From contig CM082581.2 in assembly GCA_040954595.2 (NCBI GenBank), forward strand, positions 12,969,921 to 13,033,920: DNA of 64,000 bases. The letters are read 5' to 3'. The notes under the pieces are model-generated. The model was not told the DNA's origin, made no database searches, and saw only the letters and a program-made list of their open reading frames with translations. Every line of letters starts with the position of its first letter. The first letter of the stretch is position 1. A program made the translations under genes and the position numbers. The DNA is from Balanoglossus misakiensis (Eukaryota; Animalia; Hemichordata). Below, piece after piece: positions 53,401-64,000 of this stretch.

Positions 53401-56400
53401 GTCATAACTTTTCTCCGGATATGACGCCTGCAGGGTCGTCAATACACATACTTCGCATCGACTTTATCGTACTGGAACTAATTCAAAGCCTTTCGCGTAA
53501 GCAGCTACGGTAACAAAAGTCCAATTCAATTCCGAGACATTCACTGGGTATTCGACACAGAAAGAGACTCGGGGCGAAATAACAAGACTTGCGACTGGTT
53601 TTTGTCTTTTATACAGCTATCGCAACAAAAATAGCCCTAGAACGGAGTTGTATTTTTTTCATTTTTTATGCAGAACACGAAATGTCTGCAGACAAGATGT
53701 CGAGGAGGTCTATTACAAGAAAGGAAGAAAAGGCTTATGGGGCGAATTTCACTCGTTATTTCTCAGAAGTTGTAACTTAAGAAGAAAATATTGCAAACTT
53801 TGCCACTCTCGGCAGCACTTATACTTTATAATGTGGTGGCCTCACGTGCGCAAATGGTCTGTGATCACCATGGCGCCGAGTACTCGTCGCTGAAACTGCA
53901 AAATTTACCCATTAGCTCTAAACATGATTTAATGAAAAACTTTACTAGAAAGTCGACGTTAGCTCCTGTGCTGGAGAGTCTTTCTGCTACCAGTGAAACC
54001 ATTAGAATCCACCCTTTCTCTGTCTGCAGCCTGTCTTATGGGTTCTCCGATGGCACTGACCCTATTGGATTTGACAAAGGTGCCTTTTTGCCAGGAGGCC
54101 TGGCGTCCTCCGTAGTGAATGCAAGGTGCTTACCCACGGAGCACAGCGCGAAACTTTCCTGGAAACTATAGTTGTGGTCCATAACAAACAAGACCTGACT
54201 TCACTCCACAGCTAGTAACCACCATTGGGACAACATCAACATGGTGTGATTGCGGTATCATCTGAAGAAAAATTCACAAATGCCTGAATCCGACTTCTCC
54301 TCCTTGTGGTTCTTAAAGTAATACCTACCGGGATTAATTATACCAACTACGCTTCTACGGACGGTATCTAATATTAACATCAAAAGGAAAGACTTAAAGC
54401 GATTGTTGAATGCATTTTCATTTACCCGCAGTGCAATCCATGGATATTTCAATAGACTAAGAAACTCTTATTATACTTTGATGGATTTTTCTTTTTCGCT
54501 GCAGAGTATGCACAATTCTGGCTACCGACACACGACATCGATTTCCCGCATCTTTTGCAGATATCATTCAACATCGCCTACAGCTTCACAGTTGTTTGCA
54601 ATGATGCCACTGTGGTACTACAAGTAACATCTTTGAAAACAGATTTTGTACATTTTGACAAAATACTCAGATTTTAATGCTGCAGTTCCATCTTGTAGCA
54701 CACAAAAGTAACCGCACTGGAAAGGGTATTCCGGGGACTGTTGTTATGGCGATGATCCAAAGATTTTGACAGTATATCTTCCATGCATGGAAGGAATCGC
54801 AAGATTTCCTGCATGAGTCGAAATCCACCATTTGACAAATACTTATTTTCCATTCATTGCGAGATCCTGTGAGACTTGGTTAATTACCAAAGCAACAGGC
54901 TACCAGCCAAGTAGTACAAGTCAAACTTTGTATGAAACTAGAATAGGTGCAGATTTTAACAAAATTGTAACTTCTGTGCCGTTTGTCACACCTATATGAC
55001 CGAATCGTACTGAAATTCGCAGACAAGTGGCATGTAACCAGAGACCATGCTAGGAGCGCCACTGTACAAAATTGGCCGTCGGCTGCTGATACGACAGACT
55101 GTTTCAACATCAAACACGCCAAAAAAATTACCCTGCTGTAACGATCATATGACATTGTCGCCGAGTGCCGGCATTAGCGTCTTTGAAATATAATTGGATG
55201 GTTTGCGCCGCTCACAGAAAGCACGGGCTCAGCTGGGGCTGGCATTGCGTGAAGTCAAGAACTCTCCATGTCTGCACCTTGTCGGCGACAACACCCTGCT
55301 AATGGAAACAAATGATGTTAATTTGCTGGCGGGTGTGCTTGATATTACATGGAGATTAGTTATCAAAACGACAGCAAAAACATTTAACATAACATTTAAT
55401 TGCCCGGGATACCAAACGCTGAAAGAGCTGTGTCGTTGTCATCTAATTTTTACGTTTTTATCTTTGCACATAATTTTCAGAACTACAAGACAGACACTGG
55501 GGTTGATGATGGCTCTTAGTTGAAAATTTACTTAAAATTTAGTAGGCAACTTCAGTAGGCCCTAATTAACTTACTTTGGTAAACACAGGCTTACTGTTTG
55601 CATTTGATGATTACTTTGAATGTGACCATGCGGCCATCAAAACTACTAGCTTATAAGAACTTCGTTGGATCCGTCACATTGACAGTTTTTATTTCCCTGG
55701 CAGACAGCAAACGATGTTTCCCTGTGTTGCCCTCTAGCACAAATGTTTACATGGAAATCTCATTCAACTAGACAGAAATCAGAAAATCCACTGAGGACGT
55801 TACGCATATACACAACATACACTGAGTAATGAGACGGAAATATAGGAAGAGTACATTGGCCACTGGCGAGAAAGATTAAGCAATATCGGAATGAATTATG
55901 AATAGATAAGAGGCCAAACCCATCTTTTCTACGACGACTTGCGTTCCGCTTTCCCGTCAGTCTACTATTTAATCACATTGACTTTTTGAGGTTTATTCCG
56001 ATGTATATCTTGTTTACATCAAAATTTGAAAACTTATTGGCAAATTAGTATATTTCGAGGAGCATTAGATTACCCTAAAGCACTGAACTGGAATAAAGTA
56101 ATGCAGCTCTTCACATAAGCTTGTGCCTACATTGTATCTGTGGATGGCAAACTATAAAATATACATGTATTATGTCTACCAGACAAGACAGAATTTCGTC
56201 TGGAGAAGCCATCATTCTATTCCCGACAAAATTTACTCCTTGACTATAGCGTATACTCATATGACTGTTGACTATAAATCCCATGGGACAATCGAAGCCT
56301 TAAAATCTCTCCAAGAGCCAGTAAACCAACAAGACCAGTTTTCAACATCTGGGCCTTGCACGTTTGTGTCTTCAATGATGCCTAGCGCCCTCTCTAATCA

Positions 56401-59400
56401 TTCGGTCAGAGAGATTTGATGTTTTTCAATTCTCTCCCCACATTGAGAGTCTTCACAGTAACACTCATGGCATTTTGTGGGGGTGGGTCTAAAATAACAG
56501 TATCAATGCCTGCAATCAAATAACAAACCCCAAAGGATGATTAGACAACATACTTTTAATTCTCGTGTTTGGAATACAAATTTCTAATAGATAATGAAGA
56601 AGCCAAGGTATGTCTCAGTATGACTGATGGACTTTGAGGTATGTGTTCGTATACGTCTGATTGTATAATATAACACTCCCTAAGAACAACTATGTATAAT
56701 GTGACGACCTCTAAATCTTCAAGTCAAGCTGCTCGTACGAACTGAAGGTTTCACATCACTAAGTTATTTTGCTTCATGTGTCATCACAACGGGGGCTTGA
56801 CAGCATCTGTAGTTCGGGGACAGAAATTACATCGACAGACATGCAGTCAATAATTCAAGGTTTCTTGCACGAATTTAATGCATTTTGTGACCATTACACA
56901 CATCAAGGACCTGGGATAATGTTTCTCATACTCGTATTTTGTGTCATGCTAGCCTGCGTCTCGTCTTAGACAAAATATCCCCAACCCATGTGAGAAATCT
57001 TAATGGTAATCACTGTAGACCAGGGTCCCCTTTTCTTAATGTTCACGTTATCCTCCCCTTTTATTTACTGGCGTGAAACAATTCCATTGGCGAGGATAGC
57101 GCCACCAGTGGCAAAATCTGAACAGTGATCCACAACCTGTCGTTTCCGATTTGTCCTCGGTGGCCGCTGGCTGCGCTGCAGAAGAGGAACAGAAACTTTT
57201 GCGAATCTTTCTTTCCGAGCACCTTTGAATGTTTTCCAGTTTGAAAGGGCTGTTGGAAGGATATCGTCTTAAGTGCTAATTATCCCTATTGAAGAATACG
57301 TCCAGATATCAGTTTGGATTAAAAGACAAAGAATATAAAATTGTTTGCTGGGGTTTTATTTTGGGGATTTACTTGTGTCGCTCTACTTTTTACAAATTAG
57401 TTAACAATGACACCATTTCAAGTTACATGTACATGTACCGGTATTCAATTTGTACGCTGTAAAATACTAGTATTAAGCGCAAACGCTAAGTTATAGCGCC
57501 CTCCTTCGCTGTAAACAAACTCCCCTGTTGTTTTAAAACTCAAACCGAGAAATGAAGTGCTACATCACTTCGATACAGTCAAAGCGAACTGTTGCATTCT
57601 ACTTATCAATTTACATGTCCATGATTTTGTACCATGCTTAAAATAGAAAGAAACGAAAATCGCACTGTCGACAAGGTGTCAACACGACATAAATTTAAAT
57701 GCTGCAAGTGTTTCCATGCCAATTTGATGCCAGTTTGTATTTTCAATAACGGTTTATTTGATTACAGTTTCCTGTTTTCGTTGCAGGTCAAAAAGTGCAA
57801 AAGTGGCTGCTTTGTACGAAGGTGTGATTTTCTAGCAATGTTGACTAAAACTCGCTTTGTGTTCGTGCAGACTGAAAAGGCCCGGATATGAAAGTACATC
57901 ATGCTCGTTTACAGTAACAATGGATTCGACTCAACCATTCGGCGAGAAAAAGTACCTCAGCTGATAACGCTCTAGTTGAAGTCAATATGTTGTAATCGCG
58001 TAAAGGCAAGCTTCCAACGAGGAACCGTGGTTGAAAGTCATTGCAAGGTCAATTGCCCAGATTCTGTACTTTTGACCATGAACGCTATTCATGGTTCCAT
58101 CTATAAAAACAAAAGTAAAATGTCCTTCAGTTTTGTGTTACCTGGCGACCTCTGTTCTTCCACTAATGACAGATTATATTATTGTTTTGTTTTTTTCCAT
58201 TTCGATCAATCATACGTCCAAACAACCACTTAAGTACTCTGATGCTTACGAGTTTCTGTTTATTCCTCAGGGCCTTTTAATTACAGTGTATTAAAGCAGG
58301 CGTTTCAAGCACTAACCATGAGTAAAGATAGAGAAATAATCTATTCTAACAGGCACAAAAAAGTAATTGGAAAGTCAATTTGGAAGATCATCTCCCAGCT
58401 ATCAAGTTTTGCCGCCTTTTGACATATATCAAACGAATGAAGAATGCCATAAGCTTGATATGAAACATCGAAGGTTGCATATCGTCTTCTTTTTTCGAGT
58501 AAGCATTTTGGCTGAAGAGGGCGCTTGCTGTAACACACGTTAAACATCAATCGTGCGCTTTCATATCAAACACATACGGCTAAAGATTTTAAAAGATCAT
58601 TCGCCCCGTCGTCTTTTTTCGTCCTACTGGTCAACAGAAGTGGTAAAATGCGACTACAAACTGGAATGAAATAAATGAAAATATTCTCGTAGGATGATTT
58701 TGTCTTCCCACCATCATGATATGGACCTCAAAGATATCAACGCGATTGTGATAAGACACAGAATCTGGAATATTTTACTGCTGTGACAGCTAATCCCTGT
58801 AAGGACACACAATCTTCTTTACACAGATGCTGAGAGTATGTGGCGTCCCCGAGACAGAGGCGATTGTGCTCGAGTCATGAGGCCTGCACCATGTGTTTAT
58901 GGATGAAATCGATATATATAAACAACGTCGCTAATAACAATACTGCCGAGACCAATTAAAAGCAACGGTCCTGTCGGTTCCGAGGTCGTGTCAGTGAAAC
59001 GAACTCTGGGGCAAAAATCCACAGGAAAACACGCGCCTGAGGCGAAATCTTTAAAACAACGATTATTTGTGGCTGTTAAGGCATTGTGGGTGTGTGTGCG
59101 TAAGTTCTGATGTCATCATCCAGGAATATTGTATCCTTGCGAAAAGACACACAGCAGAAGAACCAATCCTGCTCGAATCTGCGTATTAATAGCATTGCTA
59201 GGCACGTGACTCCCTCCATTTGAAAGCACTCACCTTTTTAAAGTGAGCAGGTTCTCTCCTCAAGGTGTACTTATTCGGACGAATTCGAACTAATCAACCG
59301 TCTCGTGCTATCTGCAAAGGCTCTACGGCCGACCTGACATCTACACTCAAGCTGAAAGTCGCGTCGCCACCATCCTATCATTTTGGGCCAAGTTCAAGGG

Positions 59401-62364
59401 CAAGATATTCGGTGCGAAGAAGTGTTGCAATAATAGATAAGGTAAGTGGAAGATACGACGTTGTTTTGAAGAAGAAAAAACAGCCATGGCACAAACAGAA
59501 TCCGTAGACTGGAAAACTAATTGCCTTTCATGATTATCGCGCACAACACTTTTACTTGACTCTAACAACTTACTGAAAATTTCATCATCCACACATACAC
59601 TGCTGGACTCAACGTCTTTTTAGAAAAACAGACTACTACAGGAGCTGCAGGAGAGAACACATCCTGCCTTGTCGATTTAAAGAACTTGTGACGCTAGAAA
59701 TCAAATTACTGATACACGTGTCAGAAGCTTCTGATTCAAACCAAGCACCAAAAGCAAAGCACTCGTCAGATTTCCACTTGACAGTGTCATTTCAGTCATA
59801 TACGATTTGCTTCGTTTCGCCGTTCAGCATTATTTTGATTGGGCCTCAGACATATTTTTCAAAGAGGTGAAACATTTTAATCAAATAACCCATATCTTGA
59901 CAAAGTGTTGTAACCTTTAGAGTTTTTCGCGTGCTTGTTCAAGTTCTTTTCAAAGACGCTTGAGATTAAATGTTTATGCCTTGTCATCCATCAGCCTGAA
60001 TTAAAATCTCGCGGAGCTTAATCACAGATGAGGCCAAAGGAATGTTCGTGGAGTATTCAGCATGTACTCTACTTAATGAAGCTTGCGTCAAGACTAAAGA
60101 GGGGAGGTTCAGACAGCATCCATGCCTCATATTGTTTATTTTGGCGGTAACATTCCACAGAGTAACATTTCCGTGCGAGTTGGCACACACGTCATTGATC
60201 GAGTGAATGTTGACAAGATTGGAGCAACATTTCTCCGCAACTACGCCGTCTCTTCACAGTTGACCGTTTGCATGAAATATGCACTTAGGAGAGGAAATGG
60301 TCTTATTGTTGATTTTCAATATGTAACTCGCATTGAAGAACAATGGATGTGTCTGCACACAGTTTATAGGAACTGCCACAGGTAATACTAAAATGTAATA
60401 TTTAATTCTGAATAACATTGGGTTAATTTTCGATTACCGATGAAAGTTGCAAGAAGTCGAAATCGCATGTCTGATTGGTAAAATAAATTGATGTTATCAT
60501 TTTGGCTGAATGTCGCATCATCTACGGCACCATCATCAGCAAAGCGTGGACAGTTAACAAGAGTTTATCTCAAGTCTGACGTGCTCATATTCATGTGTTT
60601 TGATAACGTGTGGTTCTAATCATCACATTGGTCACGTCTGAAAAGGGCTTCATGTAACTTGTAAGCAATTATGAAGGCTGTATAATCCAAACCACACAGC
60701 TGGTCTCCTGGCAGATGTCTGGAGACCGAAGTCCAATAATTAGTGGAACTGGAGGCCTAAACATGCACGCACACACTGTGTCTCACAGTGACCTCAGTCC
60801 GATTTGCTGCCACCCACCAACCTTGTCAACACAGAGCAGGTGTCACGAAAAAAGATCTGCCATATTTATCTAAATTTCACGCAATGCAGACGTCACACTA
60901 CATGAGCTTTAACCCCCAGCGACGGGCACACGAGTCTCATCATGTGCCCTCATTGGATAAAAATCCAATTAGGGCCAGCTGAACAACGGTTGAATAATGT
61001 TGAATGGTTCTACTTTCAATGTGCGAAAACACATGGAAAACATACTAGTACTTCTTTAATATCCGAGAATACCTACATGTTTCTTTGTTCGTGGGTAGTG
61101 AATTCATATCGGAAACACTCCCAAAATGCCAAATTAGAAAAAAAAGGTGATCTATGTACCGGCACGTCATCAAATATCTTGCTGACGAGTGTTGAGATTG
61201 AAAATAAATAGTACGAAGATCAGATTCGTTATTAGAAACGATAAAATCCGCGATAATTTGCCACGCTAGAGATAAGCGTTGCATATAAAGTATACTGTTC
61301 ACAGAATGCTGCATATAATATACACAAAATGCCGTTGGCTGTGCAATTAAATACGCTCGTCCGATGTAGAATCGTTCGCAACGATGAGTTTTTTGTGTTT
61401 CTTTATACGACACATATTGCGAGTCGTAAAAATCGCCGTTTCATTTGAGAATGAATCAAATATATCAAAGACATACAAACGTTAGGCAGAGACACCGAGA
61501 TAAATACAGTGAGATCCATGTCTGCATTTTTTTTAATTTTTAATTTGATAGTTTTTATCTGATTACTTGTGTTCACACAGTGGTCAAGTTCATTTCACTT
61601 GTTACGCAGTTTAAGTCCAAGCAAATAGAATAAGTTCTGCTGACCTTGTAGACAAGTGGATCGGGCAATTAGCTTGCAGGTTTAAGTTGTTTACAAGTGT
61701 CGCTGACCTTGTGAGAATGAGGCTTAAAGATAATCGGACTAACCTTTCCTTTCCCAATATCACGTTTATGGACAAACAAAACAATACGTCACACTAAAGA
61801 CGTTGTTTGGAGAGGATTATTCGAATTCATGGCATTTATATGATCACAAATCTCTCTTATACCATAGGGAGTTTGTCACTTTTGATTTCCGTACTGGATG
61901 TTCCACCTTAGCACCAGTTTTTGTATGAACTGTATTTTTACCAGGTTTCGCTCTTGCAATGTGCCTTACATTTGTTTAATTCTCCCTTTACCCCGGAATA
62001 CAATCAACATCTTCGTACAAGCAATCCATTTGCTTCAATAACCCCTTCAGCATCCTACGCTTCCGCGGCAGCTTACAAGTGTTTTTCTTATATCAAGCTC
62101 CATTACAGCAGAATTACATGGACCAGGATATGGCTTCAGTAAAGCGACAATATCTGGCTTATGCATTAATTTTTTAGTCTTGACGTAATTTTCTTTTTAA
62201 ATATTGACAGTAAACCCTGCTTAATTTTCCATCCAATTACGCATGCACAGTTACCATAACGAGAAAAGTGCAGCAGACTCTGTAAGCTTTGTCCGGCTTT
62301 GGGTCATTATACTTTTTAAGTCGCCCTAAATAAATCCATCATGGGTAGTGGCATTCTCCTCCAG

Positions 62365-62520
62365 TTGTTCTCATGGTTACAACCAGTGTAAGATGAGAAA
62401 CTACAGAGAAGAATGTTACACAAAGTATGTCAAGAAACACGACAATGTGGAACCTGGAGGGGAAAGGACCCATTGGTTGACATGCATGCGAAGAAAGGTT
62501 ACATAAATACAGGGAGAAAG
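62365..62520 (+). mobile_element. Decayed RTE-type LINE ORF2 C-terminal remnant
   Basis: A frameshifted translation gives SW/YN./VR*ETTEKNVT....TMWNLEGKGPIG*...KK.L. This resembles RLxWYGHVRRREEENVTK..MxWxxEGKRPxGRPxKRWLD. Confidence 0.33.
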
Positions 62521-64000
62521 CCGCATTTTTCCACGAAGCATTAACAAAAAAGTCATGCATTTCTCCGTTCTGTTTGCAGTCAAACGAAATTCGAGACTGA
62601 TTAAAGGATATTTTATCTGTCGCCTGTGGTTAATTTGTTTGAAAATGCGTAATGTACACGCAACATGGATCCGCTCGACTATTATTAACGGATAAGCAGA
62701 AACGCACGAAAGATAACCCAAGTCTACAGCAAAGATTGCAGAGAAGCTCATGCTAATTGTTCGACCAGAGGAAATGAAGTTGGCTTTACTGTTAAATTTT
62801 TTGATTGTGAGTTCATTGTCAAACGCATAGTAACGAGTCTGAATGTTGCTGCTTTTGTTAGACGAATGTGACATTTAAATGGCATTAGTTGAGGTAATAT
62901 CATTTCGTATGCGGTACTTGTTGTCGGAAAGGATATTGAACACTTTAAACGGAGATGCAGGCAAGATGGGATTGCCCGAAACAATCAACAATTTATCTGT
63001 TTGCGTCAGTCGGTTCTATACTGCCTTACGGTGACACAAAGTAAGAGTGTTTCTGCATAAATTACACTTTTCCATTGAAACTTCAATCCTGTGCACAATA
63101 AAATCCACAAAAACAGCCGGGCTAGACCACAGACATCCATTGTTTACGCTGTAATCATGATTTGATCGCTCTTACTCTTTCGGGTAAGGAGTTTGTTTGA
63201 AGTGTAACCCGCGTTGTTCAATATGTTAACATAAACGGACAATACCTGGTAACATATATAAATAATCCAAATCGATGCTACTCGTAAAAACAGTATCCTG
63301 CTATTTCCCACTATTTCTGGCTTTTAGACTACAAGATTGGGATTGCGTGGAATAGGAGGAAGGGGGAAGACTTGCGCGGTCATAGAAAGCCAATTATTTC
63401 CGATGCGAACATTCAGAATATTAGATTCGTCCTCAAAGGCACGATCACGCGCATTCGTCATGGGAACTACTCAACAAATGGAACACGCACACCGCCACAC
63501 AAATGATTTGATATCTTCGGGGCTGAAACCCTTTTGTCTGAATTACCTGCTTGGGTATGTCAATTCTTGCACAGTTCACAAATAATTGGAAAGAGCTATG
63601 GCAAGTCACCATGTCCTATATAGTCGGTTAAGAAATTTTACAAAGAAGAAGTTATCGTTGTAGTCCACAGCTAGCTACAAGTTTCCTCGACTATGTTCAC
63701 ATTCACTTGGATATAGTACATTGCAAGGGTAACATGCATTTTGCCGTCAGGTGTTTTCCACTTTTCCAATTCATTTCCGCATTTAAGCAAAGTTCACCCA
63801 TCGCTCCAAGTCACGATAACAACAAACATGTCAGAAAACCAACGACTGCCACAGGCTGAAATATTCTGAATTTTGAACTGAGCGCAGTAACACAAGACCT
63901 GCACCGGATAACAAGGTGTGTAGCTTCCAGGAATGCAGGTTAATTACGATTGAGATCTCCCAGTATCCATCGGTGCACAATCTATCTCACGAATATTTTA

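Noticed and set aside
55020-55310. Possible fourth LINE 3' remnant (DHAR...LGLA..HLV)
   Set aside because: The similarity is too sparse to separate from chance without a search.
10152-57917. TACAGTA/TACTGTA (3-nt footprint type) motifs
   Set aside because: The count seen is about what base composition predicts, so they are not enriched.
7546-63585. The many 60-160 aa ORFs in the track
   Set aside because: Many start at TTG or GTG. Their composition (rich in C, F, L, S, H) is typical of translated non-coding DNA, and no domains were recognised.

Overview
This is AT-rich eukaryotic (animal) genomic DNA. It is probably from a marine invertebrate, possibly a hemichordate-type deuterostome, but that host call rests only on repeats recalled from memory and is unverified. 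There is one clearly supported gene: an intronless-CDS class A aminergic GPCR of the type-1 tyramine receptor (Oct-TyrR/TAR1) family at 5883-7007 (+). The remaining ~57 kb has no recognisable protein-coding exon, and the many short ORFs look like chance ORFs. The non-coding DNA contains microsatellites, short perfect tandem duplications, three heavily decayed RTE-type LINE 3' remnants, a degenerate TTAA-type DNA element, a tRNA-like fragment and CTCF-like motifs. It also shows an apparent excess of TACATGTA/TACCGGTA palindromes that look like Tc1/mariner-type excision footprints. I found no CRISPR array, rRNA, intact tRNA, intact transposon or prokaryotic-type system. I cannot support a novel multi-gene system here. 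The footprint pattern and the receptor's leader and binding pocket are the most worthwhile leads.
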